From Caldivirga maquilingensis IC-167 (GTDB taxonomy: Archaea > Thermoproteota > Thermoprotei > Thermoproteales > Thermocladiaceae), in contig NC_009954.1 of assembly GCF_000018305.1 (NCBI RefSeq), positions 180,001-212,000 on the forward strand: a DNA stretch of 32,000 nt, written 5' to 3'. The first letter of the stretch is position 1; each line of letters starts with the position of its first letter. This document shows positions 7,830-17,756 of this stretch, one piece after another. The position numbers and the translations under genes are program-made. The notes under the pieces were generated by a model that was not told where the DNA came from, ran no database searches, and saw nothing but the letters and a program-made list of their open reading frames with translations.

Positions 7830-10634
7830 TTATTGAACTGGTATTACTGCCCTTTGATCACTGCTTATCCTTGATGGCCACCAATTATACTTACCCGCTA
7901 GAACCATTATTGCAGGCATTACAGCTGGCCTTATTAGGAATGCGTCCATTAAGACACTTAAACCAACCGTGAACCCTATTTCCCTAAGTATATATAGTTG
8001 CGAAACCATGAGGCTCATGAAGGCTATCGCCAACACTAAGGCTGCCCCAGTAACTATTGGGCCAGTATTCTCAATAGCAGTCAATATTGCCTCCGGGTCA
8101 CTCTTACCCTTAATAACCTCCTCCCTAACCCTCGTTACTATGAATATGTCGTAATCAGTGCCGACGCTTGTAAGGAGCGCGAAGAGTATTATCGGCAGTA
8201 GCCAGTAGGTCTCAACTCCAAGTAGCTTATAGAATATTAATTGACTTACTGCAAGTGACCAGGAGATGCTAATCATTACCGTGGCCAGTAGCCTTAAGGG
8301 AACCACCAGGCTCCTTAAGGCTAGGGAGAGCAGTAGTATGTTTAATGCTATTATCAGTATACTTATCTTATAGTAGAATTGATCCTCAAAAACCTTAACG
8401 AAGTAGTACTTATTTGCAGCATCACCACCAACAATTACCTTAACACCGTATTCACTAGCTACCTGGTTCGCTAGGCTTGTGAGCCTCACGTAAACTGGTA
8501 TCAACTTGTCTGAGAGGGCATTGTAGCTTGTGGTTACCTTAAGTATGGCGATTGATGATGAATTATAAGCCAAGTTAACGCTCATGGTGAAGTTGAGGGA
8601 ACTAATGGCGTTTTCCAATGATTGTAAGGCTTCAGCATTATTAGGTTCAAGGATCACGTATTGCGTTGATTTAACGTAATTAGGGAAGTAATGCTGCAGG
8701 ATCCTGTATGCGTAAACTGACTTAACGTTAGGCATCAGTAGGAGGGGGTTCGAGGTAACTGGGTTCCTAATAATGAAGAGAACCGAGAGGACAGTAGGTA
8801 TTAGGGCAATTGCAATGATTAACCAAGGTCTCCTCAGTGAGAACCTGGTTAATTTAATAATTACCCTTGTGCTTAATTCCCTCGTAGATGATTTAAGGCC
8901 CATTGGCCATAGAATCCTATCATTCATTAACGTTATTAATGATGGTAAAACCACTGTTGTTGCAAGTATGACGAAGGCGACCGTAACTATGTATGATAAG
9001 CCAATTACTTGAATATACTGGTAATTGGAGACTACGAATGAGCCTAAGCCAGCTGCTACAACGCTACCTGAGGTTAGTATGGTTGGTATCGTGAAACGCA
9101 TTATAGTCTCTAAGGCCTGTGACGTATTGAAACCTTTTCTCCTCTCCTCTAGGTATCTTCCAATAACAAGTAGGCTGTAGTCAACCCCAATGCCGAAAAC
9201 TATGGGTGATATCATGTAGACTGTTAGGTAGTATACCGTTAACCCCATTTTACCAAGGAAGTAAACGACCCCAAGTACCGCACCGTAGGATAGGATGAGC
9301 ATTATTAATATGATTATAGGCGCCACTAATGTACCTAATACGAAGAGTAGCATTAATAGTACTGAGGCGCCACTGACTTCATCAATCATCGGCACATCCT
9401 TCTCTATTATTTCCGATAATTGACTTAGAACTATGTTGGTTGAGAATGGGTAAACATAATCATAATTAGTGAATAAGTTATTAATCTCTAAATCATTAGT
9501 GGAGTTAACTATAACCAAGGCATATCCATTTGAGTATAGTGAACCATTGGTAATGTTATTTGCATAAGAGTAGGCTGGCTTCTTGTATATTGATGAGACC
9601 ACGAAGCTTAATGATGAGTTAAGCTCACTAATTGTCGTGTTTACCTGAGACTCATTGGTGCACGCTAATTGAATTAGGTATGGTTTAAGCAGTGGTGGTG
9701 TTGAGTTAATGAACCATGAAGCCACTAACTTAGCGGTAAGGGTTCTTGGGGGATTAGGACCCAGGGCAATCATGGGTAAAGCCAGTGGATTACTCTTAGT
9801 TAAATTCCTCAATATTGGTACATAGGTATTATTTATCTTAATCAGCGTTGAGTAGTATGATGATGAGAGAGACTCCTTAATCAAGCTTATGTTTAAGCCG
9901 TAAATAGGCAGGCTACCCACTGAGTCGTTCAATGACTTAATGAAGTATAGTAAGTATGGCTTAAGCCAACTTGAGTAATTACCATTATTAAGTAGGCTTT
10001 GCCCGGTCTCATTTATAACCTGCCATACTGAGTATGAGTAATCCACGGTGGATAAGTTTGTGAAGAAGGCCTTCATGAATAATGTGAAGAAGCCGCTGAA
10101 TTCCCTTATTGTTAATGTGTAATTATTAAGTGTGGAGTAGTATTCATTACTAATACTATACAGTTCACTGCATAATAATGATTCATTAGCGTAAATTCCT
10201 CGTATAATACCGGTGTAGTTGCTTAAATACTCCTTCACTGTCTCATTGGTAATGGCGTAGTAACGGTTGATAACTTTATCATAAATACTGTTTAAATCAT
10301 AGTAAGTTAAGTTAAGAGACCTTAATTCATCATCAATAGTGCTGAGTACGTAACGTGAATTATTAATATTACCTACGTAAACCGGTATCACAACTAAGCC
10401 TACTTGGTTCCCTAAATACCTATTAACTATACTGGAGGCTAATGACGCCTCCGTCCAAGGTGGAAGCACCTTACTATCACTGTAAACCAGTATCTTAAAT
10501 GCGGATGGAGCATAGGGAGCTAGAGCTAGTATGAGCGTAATCCAAGCCGTCACAATCACTACGCTTAATGCAATTCTATGAGTATTGAAACACCAGCGCT
10601 TGTAATGCATCGCTAATAAATAGTTTTCCCTCAT
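7830..10634 (-). CDS. MMPL/RND-superfamily membrane transporter with a large N-glycosylation-sequon-rich ectodomain
   Basis: 934-aa ORF with two transmembrane bundles. Each contains the MMPL/SSD-type motif (GVDYSLLVIGRYLEERRKG and GTDYDIFIVTRVREEV). A soluble region of about 350 aa follows TM1 and contains about twenty N-x-S/T sequons. Confidence 0.8.
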   Translation of the reverse strand: MRENYLLAMHYKRWCFNTHRIALSVVIVTAWITLILALAPYAPSAFKILVYSDSKVLPPWTEASLASSIVNRYLGNQVGLVVIPVYVGNINNSRYVLSTIDDELRSLNLTYYDLNSIYDKVINRYYAITNETVKEYLSNYTGIIRGIYANESLLCSELYSISNEYYSTLNNYTLTIREFSGFFTLFMKAFFTNLSTVDYSYSVWQVINETGQSLLNNGNYSSWLKPYLLYFIKSLNDSVGSLPIYGLNISLIKESLSSSYYSTLIKINNTYVPILRNLTKSNPLALPMIALGPNPPRTLTAKLVASWFINSTPPLLKPYLIQLACTNESQVNTTISELNSSLSFVVSSIYKKPAYSYANNITNGSLYSNGYALVIVNSTNDLEINNLFTNYDYVYPFSTNIVLSQLSEIIEKDVPMIDEVSGASVLLMLLFVLGTLVAPIIILIMLILSYGAVLGVVYFLGKMGLTVYYLTVYMISPIVFGIGVDYSLLVIGRYLEERRKGFNTSQALETIMRFTIPTILTSGSVVAAGLGSFVVSNYQYIQVIGLSYIVTVAFVILATTVVLPSLITLMNDRILWPMGLKSSTRELSTRVIIKLTRFSLRRPWLIIAIALIPTVLSVLFIIRNPVTSNPLLLMPNVKSVYAYRILQHYFPNYVKSTQYVILEPNNAEALQSLENAISSLNFTMSVNLAYNSSSIAILKVTTSYNALSDKLIPVYVRLTSLANQVASEYGVKVIVGGDAANKYYFVKVFEDQFYYKISILIIALNILLLSLALRSLVVPLRLLATVMISISWSLAVSQLIFYKLLGVETYWLLPIILFALLTSVGTDYDIFIVTRVREEVIKGKSDPEAILTAIENTGPIVTGAALVLAIAFMSLMVSQLYILREIGFTVGLSVLMDAFLIRPAVMPAIMVLAGKYNWWPSRISSDQRAVIPVQ

Positions 10635-10661
10635 CTTACGTTAATTCCTGGTTAATGATTC

Positions 10662-11246
10662 TTAATTTAAGCCATGATTCAATTGAACCATTGATACTGC
10701 CTTAGCAATCTCAATTAATCCCCTTAATGAGTAGTATAGTGTTCTTCCACAAACCGCAATCACGTATGTACCACAGGGGTACGTTGACTTAATTCTTGAT
10801 GCCAGTTCAAGACTAAACTTTTCAATTGTTAGATCCGTTAAAGGTATGTCCACACTAGTGCAGTTCACATGCATTATTAAGACAGCATCACCACCATTCT
10901 TCACACCAATATCCCTTAACTCAATAATACTGATCCCACTTGACCACTTCACTAATCCACCCATAACACAGTAATTGTATTTCCTTCCAAATACTGGTGT
11001 CAAGTCTACTTCCTGAATATTAACTATACCGTAGCCACTGAGTGATTTATTTAATTCCCTAACCCCATCGTTGGTTAATATTGAACCGGATCTTGAAGTT
11101 TGTATTAACCCGGATTCCTTAAGTTCCCTTAACCTATCCTTAATTACACCTTCCCCTATTCCAAGTAAATCAACTAAGTGATACCTGCCCATTCTACCCC
11201 TTAACCTTAATGTAAGCATTATTATTAATGAATCCTCGGTATCCAT
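10662..11246 (-). CDS. Putative winged-helix transcriptional regulator with an uncharacterised C-terminal domain (possibly DUF4443-like)
   Basis: 194-aa ORF. The N-terminal HLVDLLGIGEGVIKDRLRELKESGLIQTSRSGSILTNDG looks like a wHTH. It lies 27 nt upstream of the MMPL gene on the same strand, so they are a likely operon. TATA-like CTTTAAA (minus strand, 11267-11273) lies 24 nt upstream of the ATG. Confidence 0.5.
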   Translation of the reverse strand: MDTEDSLIIMLTLRLRGRMGRYHLVDLLGIGEGVIKDRLRELKESGLIQTSRSGSILTNDGVRELNKSLSGYGIVNIQEVDLTPVFGRKYNYCVMGGLVKWSSGISIIELRDIGVKNGGDAVLIMHVNCTSVDIPLTDLTIEKFSLELASRIKSTYPCGTYVIAVCGRTLYYSLRGLIEIAKAVSMVQLNHGLN

Positions 11247-11553
11247 GGGTGGTTATTCTTTACTGGTTTAAAGATTTTTTCGCAATATACGTATAATTAG
11301 CTTAAACTAGGTATAAACCTATTCCACTTACATTATAAAGCATAATTAACTATTAGATAGGTAAATTAATGAAGGTATAATTACCTACTGTGATACTTGA
11401 GCTTCAGCATATTTAAACATATACACCAGATAAGGGACTATTAATGATGAGGAAAGGCTTTTACAATTCAGTTTATGTACCTTAGCTACGAGAATTAGAG
11501 TACTGATTAAGTTACTTAGTCTATACGCAAGGGAGAGATATAGTAAGTGGAGT

Positions 11554-13029
11554 ATGATAATTATGTATACCTCAGCTATCTTAATGCTAATGCTCCTTAT
11601 ACTACCTCTCATGTTTATTATTCGTGATGAATCAATTAGGATGCTTCAAACTGCTGCGGAATCGTATCCAATTTACGTGTCACTATTTCTTTCGATAATG
11701 CTTACTGTTAATGCATTATCAAGGAGGTTTATAAGTAGGATTGTTATTCATGATCCTGGTTCACAGCCATTATCAGCATTATTAACTAGAACTGAGATTG
11801 ACTTCATATTATCCAGTCCCTTTAACATTAATGCATTAATAGCCATTAAGTTAACTATTGATTATATCATACCCTATGCACTTATTATTACATTTGGCTC
11901 ATTGCTCTCCCTATTATTAACGCTAATGAGTATTCATAATGCATTAATGTTAATTACGTACGTTATCATATATGTAGTTAACGTAGTATTGTTATCCACC
12001 TTACTAGGTTTATTTAATTTAATAATACCAAGAACTAATAATCACTACATTGATGTGACAATACCCGCTGTTACTTCAGCATACTTACTTGCCTCATCAT
12101 TAATTAACCCAAGCCTAAACCCATTACTCAACATGAGCAATATTACCCTAACCCCCATACTGCTGGCTGCAATTGCACTCACATCAATACCCATCCTAAG
12201 TTTAACCAAGTTAATGTACATTGATGCATACGGTCTTTTAACGCAACCTAAGAGTAAGTTAAGTAAAGCCAGTGATTCATTTCCCCTTAATTCCTCAATA
12301 TTCAGGATTATACTTAATACTTCAGTTAAGCAAGGCTTCAAGATAGCATTATCAGCATCAATAGTAACGTTCGTAACCTTAACTATCATTACATTAACCT
12401 TAACCACCCGCATAATGAGAGGCCTTGAATTCCTAGTTTACCTACTTGGCTTCCTTATAGCATACATACATACATCAATACTCGGTGGCACGTTGGCTCA
12501 GGAGAGGCCTTGGATTAACTTCATGGCTATGGATGGGTTAACTTACGTTAGGCTTAGGATGCTTTCAAGGCTAATAGTAACCTACGCATTATTAACACCC
12601 ATTATAGCTTACTTACTGGTATTATTCCTGGTTACTGAATCACCATTAGTACTTCTTGAAGCATTCTCAATAATCTCCATGCCGCCGTTAACCGTACCCA
12701 CTTCATGGATAATAATGGCTGAGGCTAAACTACCTCAATCAAGGGGTTTAATTGAGGATAGTCTACACAGGAGTAGCGTTAAGGTTCTGATTCTACTTGG
12801 TCTAATGTATGGTTTAGCTGGGTTATTCCTACTACCACTGGCTATGGAGAACATAATGATTACCACAGGTTTAATACCGGTTAATGAGGTTTCTAGATTC
12901 ACCTTAAGCATTGGTTTAATTGAATTAGCGGCATCAGTCCTATACTATCTACTCATCATGTATAGTGGCTTCTCAGGGCGTGTTTGGCGTTGGTTTATTA
13001 GTAAGCTTGCTGAGAATGGTTACGTTTAG
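11554..13029 (+). CDS. Hypothetical polytopic membrane protein
   Basis: 491-aa ORF with hydrophobic segments throughout (at least 10 candidate TM helices by eye) and no motif I recognise. It is divergent from the wHTH-MMPL operon. Confidence 0.6.
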   Translation: MIIMYTSAILMLMLLILPLMFIIRDESIRMLQTAAESYPIYVSLFLSIMLTVNALSRRFISRIVIHDPGSQPLSALLTRTEIDFILSSPFNINALIAIKLTIDYIIPYALIITFGSLLSLLLTLMSIHNALMLITYVIIYVVNVVLLSTLLGLFNLIIPRTNNHYIDVTIPAVTSAYLLASSLINPSLNPLLNMSNITLTPILLAAIALTSIPILSLTKLMYIDAYGLLTQPKSKLSKASDSFPLNSSIFRIILNTSVKQGFKIALSASIVTFVTLTIITLTLTTRIMRGLEFLVYLLGFLIAYIHTSILGGTLAQERPWINFMAMDGLTYVRLRMLSRLIVTYALLTPIIAYLLVLFLVTESPLVLLEAFSIISMPPLTVPTSWIIMAEAKLPQSRGLIEDSLHRSSVKVLILLGLMYGLAGLFLLPLAMENIMITTGLIPVNEVSRFTLSIGLIELAASVLYYLLIMYSGFSGRVWRWFISKLAENGYV

Positions 13030-13103
13030 TTCAGTTAACTCTAACCACATCAATAATCAGCCATGCCAGGTTTCATCAATCACCTAGATTACAACGTAAA
13101 CCT

Positions 13104-13110
13104 TTAAAAC
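13104..13110 (+). promoter_or_regulatory. TATA-like box for rpl37e
   Basis: TTTAAAA is centred about 25 nt upstream of the ATG at 13132. Confidence 0.4.
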
Positions 13111-13131
13111 ACTTACCTGAAGGTTAAGTCA

Positions 13132-13317
13132 ATGACTAAGGGTACTCCATCATTTGGTAGGATGAGTAGGGGTAAGACGCATATCAGATGCCCTAGGTGC
13201 GGTAGACACTCCTACAATATTGTTAAAGGCTACTGCGCTGCCTGTGGTTACGGTAGATCAAGGAGGATTAAGCGTGGTTTAGCTAAGGTTCTTGGAAGGC
13301 CAGTGGGTAATAGGTAG
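13132..13317 (+). CDS. rpl37e: 50S ribosomal protein L37e (eL37, zinc ribbon)
   Basis: 61-aa [44 protein letters not shown] is the L37e C4 zinc-ribbon pattern. Confidence 0.92.
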   Translation: MTKGTPSFGRMSRGKTHIRCPRCGRHSYNIVKGYCAACGYGRSRRIKRGLAKVLGRPVGNR

Positions 13318-13318
13318 T

Positions 13319-14233
13319 TTAGTTAATTAACTCAAGAACTTTGGCTAAGGGTTCTACACCATCTTGGGTCACTATTACCGTGTCCTCGAATTGAGCCACA
13401 AAACCATTACCACTCTCCATTAATACATTGTACCCATATAAGGCACCCCTTCTAGTAAGCTCATTAATAATGCTCATTGTCTTATCCTTAAATTCCTCAA
13501 CCAACCACCTAGGGGTGAAGGGGAGTTGGTTAAAGTTCCTTGAAATGTAGTTTAATGCTGAATTAGCCTCCTCGGTAAGCTTCTTAACATTAGTCTTCAA
13601 CAGCATGTATATTGTTACCTCAGGGGCATCAGTAACTATACCTCTACCATTGGTTGCGAAGGGTTCTATGGCGTATACTTCACCATTAAGCATCTTAACC
13701 CTACTACCATCATCGTAATTAGGCACTGACTTACCTGCATGCAACCTGTACCTACTTATTAAGTGGCCTGTTAGGTTTCTAATGGGCTTGAAGCCGAAGC
13801 TACTAATGGTCTTATCCACAATAGCCCCAATCCTACTTAACTCAACACCAGCCTTAGCTGTATCAAGGGCATTCCTGAGGGCTGTCCAGGCAGCCTTAGT
13901 TAGCATTGAGTAGGCATTATTGAAGTATACTGTGACAGCTGAGTCAACGATGTATCCATCAATGTGGGCTCCCACATCTATCTTAACCACTGAGTTAGGT
14001 GGTATTACCGCTTCATCACCTATCTTAGCAGTGTAGTGGGCTGCAACATTATTAACATCAATGTTAGCTGGGAAGGCTGGTAAGGCACCACTATCCCTAA
14101 TTTCACCCTCAATCATATTACATAACTCCAGTATACTCATACCTGGGTGAACCTTATCAATGGTGTGTTTAAGCACCTTGTGAATAATGTCACCAGCCTG
14201 CCTATACTTTCTTAAGGCATCTTCACTCAGCAT
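13319..14233 (-). CDS. map: Methionine aminopeptidase, type 2 (archaeal)
   Basis: 304-aa ORF with the pita-bread fold pattern: FPANIDVNNVAAHYT, VKIDVGAHIDGYIVDSA, NLTGH, YAIEPFAT, AQFEDTV. It has the archaeal MetAP2 size. Confidence 0.9.
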   Translation of the reverse strand: MLSEDALRKYRQAGDIIHKVLKHTIDKVHPGMSILELCNMIEGEIRDSGALPAFPANIDVNNVAAHYTAKIGDEAVIPPNSVVKIDVGAHIDGYIVDSAVTVYFNNAYSMLTKAAWTALRNALDTAKAGVELSRIGAIVDKTISSFGFKPIRNLTGHLISRYRLHAGKSVPNYDDGSRVKMLNGEVYAIEPFATNGRGIVTDAPEVTIYMLLKTNVKKLTEEANSALNYISRNFNQLPFTPRWLVEEFKDKTMSIINELTRRGALYGYNVLMESGNGFVAQFEDTVIVTQDGVEPLAKVLELIN

Positions 14234-14285
14234 AATGAGCTTAAGTTCACGTATTTAATATACTTAACCCGCTTCACTATTCTAA

Positions 14286-16724
14286 TTATGTTGAGGCTTG
14301 ATTCTTAACCATGAGTATGTAAACACCCTCACCAATACTCACCGCCTCAGGTGGGGGTTTAGTGAAACTGAAGCTTACCTTATGCATTGCCTCAAGCTCC
14401 TTCCTTAATGGTTCAAGGTCGGGTTGAGCGTAGACAACTGCATTCAGCTTCTCGGCTAGGCTTATCCTCATCTTATTCTTATAACCCCATATTGCACTGT
14501 TAACATTCATGAATAACCTAAGTACCTTGCCCATTGGCTCATCGTAAGGCTCAGGGTCACTTATGGTCTCCCTATGGACACTTCCACCGTGAATACCCCT
14601 CCAAATGGCGTCGGCGACGAATGGCATTATTGGGGCAAGCATCTTAATTGAGTAATCCAAAACCCTATGTAGCGTGAACCACGCCCCCCTCTGCTCAGTT
14701 ACTGTGAAGGAGCCGTCGCGGTTATATGCCCTTGACTTAACAGCCTCAATGTAGTGGTCTGCGAAGACATGCCACAGGAATTCATACACCACGGTGGCTG
14801 GTTCATAGGTATCCAGGTTGCTTAATCCATTTATGTAAATCCTAGTAACCCTATTTAGTTCATTTAATATTAACTTATCCAGTAGTGTTAATTCATAGTT
14901 ATCATTAACCTCCGGGAATTGGGAGATGAACCTGGCTATGTTCCATAACTTAGTGACGAAGTCCCTGCCAGTCTTAACAATGTGTTCACTGTACCTATAA
15001 TCATAACCAAGCCTACCGGCAACAGCAGCCCAGAATCTAACGGCGTCGGCGCCGTACTTTTCAGCTGGGGCTAGGGAATCTATTACATTACCCTTAGACT
15101 TATGCATTGCTTCACCCTTCTCATCAAGCCCCATGCCATTAATCCTAACGTACTTAAACGGTGGTTTACCGAACAGTAGTAATGATCTTAACACTGAGTA
15201 GTATAGCCAACTCCTTATTATCTCATAGCCCTGGGGCCTAATTATCTTATTTGGGTGAGCAACCTTGAACAGTGACTTATCCCTAGTGTACCCTGAGGCA
15301 TACATCCATGATATTGATGAGTCGAACCAAGTATCCAGTATTCTATCATCACCTATTAATTTACCATCCCTACACTTCTCCTTAACCTCCTCAGGTGGTT
15401 CATCAGCCCACGGCCTATAGTACTTACCTGGGTTAGGTAGTATTGGCTTAGCGTTGCCGTTTGAGTCAACACAATACCATATCGGTATCTCGGTTCCATA
15501 ATACCTCCTCCTGCTTATTGGCCAGTCGAATTCAAGTGAATTAACCCAATCAATAAGTGTCCTCTTGTATTCAGGCGGTATGAAGGTCATCTCATCAATA
15601 ACCTTAAGGAGCTCGCCCTTAAACTCAAGTTGCTTAACGAAGTACTCCCTAGTAACTATTATCTCAATCGGTGTCTTGCAACGCCAGCAAACGGGCACTG
15701 TGTGCTTAAGGGGTTCCCTCTTAACCAGTAAGCCTGCTGTCTCAAGATCCTTAATAATTCTTTCCCTAGCCTCCCTTATACTCAATCCATCGTATCTACC
15801 AGTCCCCTTTAATTTACCATCCTGGGTGACGACTATTCTAGTCGGTAATCTAAGTTCATTAACTATGGCTAAATCCCTAGTGTCACCGAAGGTGCTTATC
15901 ATCTCCACCCCGGTCCCGAACTCAACCTTAACTGATTGATGAGGTATTATTGGAACCTCCTGGTTAAATAATGGAACCACAGCATGCATTCCCTTTAACC
16001 TAACGTACCTATCGTCACTTGGATTATAGGCTACTGCCACCGTGGCTGCAAGTAATTCAGGTCTTGTTGTCGCTATGATTAAGTCCTCGCCTGTTTCCTT
16101 AACCTTAAATTTAATGTAATTTAAGTGAGTATCCTCCTCACGATACTCAACCTCAGGTTCAGCTAAGGCTGTACCACACCTAGGGCACCATATTGTTGGT
16201 CTCTCAGTCTCGTAGATTAACCCCTTATTCCACATTTCTATGAATGTTGATTGAGTCATTGTCCTGTACTCAACGCTATCAGTCCCATTGGGTATGTATT
16301 CAGCCGATATGCCCCATCTCCTAAGCACCTTAACCCACTCCCTCTCATACTCATCCAACTGCTCCCTGCATAGCTTCAGGAAATCAGCCCTAGGTATGTC
16401 CTGCATCCTCTTACCAAGCCTCTTCTCAACCTCAACCTCCACTGGTAATCCATTCCTATCCGCATACCATGGAAACACTACGAAATACCCCCTCATTCTA
16501 TGGAACCTAGCTATCATATCCATTTGAGCATAGGTTGCGAATTGACCTATATGGGGCCTACCACTCATGTATGGTGGTGGAGTATCTATTACTATTATCT
16601 TCTCACCGTAATTCCCCTTACCATTAACACCCTCTTTAGCCCAAATTTCAAGTAACTCAAGCTCCTTCTTCACATCCCATGACTTCTCCTTAAGTTTAGG
16701 CTCCATACCAATAATAATCCCCAC
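14286..16724 (-). CDS. valS: Valyl-tRNA synthetase
   Basis: 812-aa ORF. The track start is GTG at 16724; an in-frame ATG at 16706 gives MEPKLKEKSW. It is a class I aaRS with DTPPPYMSGRPHIGQ (HIGH-type motif), the editing-domain ATTRPELLAATVAVAYNPSDDRY, CWRCKTPIE, DTWFDSS, and a KMSKS-type loop reading AMHKSKGN. Motif order and length fit archaeal ValRS better than IleRS or LeuRS. Confidence 0.8.
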   Translation of the reverse strand: MGIIIGMEPKLKEKSWDVKKELELLEIWAKEGVNGKGNYGEKIIVIDTPPPYMSGRPHIGQFATYAQMDMIARFHRMRGYFVVFPWYADRNGLPVEVEVEKRLGKRMQDIPRADFLKLCREQLDEYEREWVKVLRRWGISAEYIPNGTDSVEYRTMTQSTFIEMWNKGLIYETERPTIWCPRCGTALAEPEVEYREEDTHLNYIKFKVKETGEDLIIATTRPELLAATVAVAYNPSDDRYVRLKGMHAVVPLFNQEVPIIPHQSVKVEFGTGVEMISTFGDTRDLAIVNELRLPTRIVVTQDGKLKGTGRYDGLSIREARERIIKDLETAGLLVKREPLKHTVPVCWRCKTPIEIIVTREYFVKQLEFKGELLKVIDEMTFIPPEYKRTLIDWVNSLEFDWPISRRRYYGTEIPIWYCVDSNGNAKPILPNPGKYYRPWADEPPEEVKEKCRDGKLIGDDRILDTWFDSSISWMYASGYTRDKSLFKVAHPNKIIRPQGYEIIRSWLYYSVLRSLLLFGKPPFKYVRINGMGLDEKGEAMHKSKGNVIDSLAPAEKYGADAVRFWAAVAGRLGYDYRYSEHIVKTGRDFVTKLWNIARFISQFPEVNDNYELTLLDKLILNELNRVTRIYINGLSNLDTYEPATVVYEFLWHVFADHYIEAVKSRAYNRDGSFTVTEQRGAWFTLHRVLDYSIKMLAPIMPFVADAIWRGIHGGSVHRETISDPEPYDEPMGKVLRLFMNVNSAIWGYKNKMRISLAEKLNAVVYAQPDLEPLRKELEAMHKVSFSFTKPPPEAVSIGEGVYILMVKNQAST

Positions 16725-16997
16725 ATCTAGTGCCTAGGTTTAATTTTAAGCTTTACGTTAAGACCATTAAGCACAGTACCCTCAGGTTACTATAATGTAG
16801 GCTTCATGGGAATAATTTCCTTCAAATCAGTTTAGAAGCATGAATATTAATTACCTATAACCAGTAAAGATGACTTAGATCCTAGGCATAATCATGATGT
16901 TATGATACTGCATTAACCTCAATTAAATTACACGTAATTCACCTGGAGCCACTGCTCTCTTAGGTTAATGGCGTTGCTTAATTAATCCTTAAAAATG

Positions 16998-17004
16998 TTT
17001 AAAT
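16998..17004 (+). promoter_or_regulatory. TATA-like box for rrp41-rrp42
   Basis: TTTAAAT is centred about 27 nt upstream of the ATG at 17028. Confidence 0.4.
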
Positions 17005-17027
17005 GCTAGTCAAAGAGTGGTTTCAAG

Positions 17028-17756
17028 ATGGCGAAGCAGTCACCCATACCTTTGCTAACTGATGGTAAGAGGGTTGATGGTAGATTGCCTGAAGAACATA
17101 GACCAGTTACAATGCAGGTTGGTGTACTGCCTAATGCCAATGGTAGCGCCCTAGTGGCTTACGGTAACACTGTTGTTTTAGCCGCTGTGTATGGGCCTAG
17201 GGAACCAATACCAAGGTACATAACTGTACCGGATAAGGCCGTTGTCAGGGTTAGGTACCATATGGCTCCCTTCAGTACCGATGATAGGAAGAACCCGGCC
17301 CCAACTAGGAGGGAGATTGAGATTAGTAAGGTTGTTAAGCAGGCCCTTGAAACAGTGGTGTTTCTGGAGCAGTACCCTAAGTCAACTATTGATGTTTTCC
17401 TAGAGGTTCTTCAAGCTGATGGAAGCACTAGGGTTACTTCAATAACGGCAGCGTCCCTAGCCTTAGCTGATGCAGGCATACCAATGAGGGATCTTGTTGT
17501 TGGGGTATCTGTGGGTAAGATTAATGATACGGTTATTGTTGATTTAAATAAGCTTGAGGATAATTACGGAGACGGTGACTTACCCATAGCCATAGCGTAT
17601 AGGAAGAATTGGGTACTCTTAATGCAGCTTGATGGGGTGTGGAAGCCCAGTGAGGTTAAGAGGGGTCTTGAATTAGCCTTTAAGGCCGCTGAAAACATTT
17701 ATAGGAATATGAGGGAGGTTTTAAAGGGAAGATACATGGCGGTGATTCAACAATGA
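17028..17756 (+). CDS. rrp41: Exosome complex exonuclease Rrp41 (RNase PH domain)
   Basis: 242-aa ORF. RVDGRLPEEHRPVTMQVGVLPNANGSALVAYGNTVVLAAVYGPRE is the typical Rrp41 N-terminal RNase PH pattern. It overlaps rrp42 by 4 nt (ATGA). Confidence 0.9.
   Translation: MAKQSPIPLLTDGKRVDGRLPEEHRPVTMQVGVLPNANGSALVAYGNTVVLAAVYGPREPIPRYITVPDKAVVRVRYHMAPFSTDDRKNPAPTRREIEISKVVKQALETVVFLEQYPKSTIDVFLEVLQADGSTRVTSITAASLALADAGIPMRDLVVGVSVGKINDTVIVDLNKLEDNYGDGDLPIAIAYRKNWVLLMQLDGVWKPSEVKRGLELAFKAAENIYRNMREVLKGRYMAVIQQ

Noticed and set aside
11444-11516. Perfect C box AUGAUGA (11444-11450) with a CUGA (11513-11516) downstream.
   Set aside because: The 62-nt spacing is too long for the archaeal C-12-D'-C'-12-D layout, and no D' or C' boxes sit at the required positions. 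It is probably coincidental in A/T-rich promoter DNA.
11385-11612. 75-aa minus-strand ORF in the divergent region, overlapping the 5' end of the 491-aa membrane-protein gene.
   Set aside because: It overlaps the better-supported plus-strand gene, has an AT-rich, Ile/Leu/Ser-rich translation, and shows no motif or promoter spacing.
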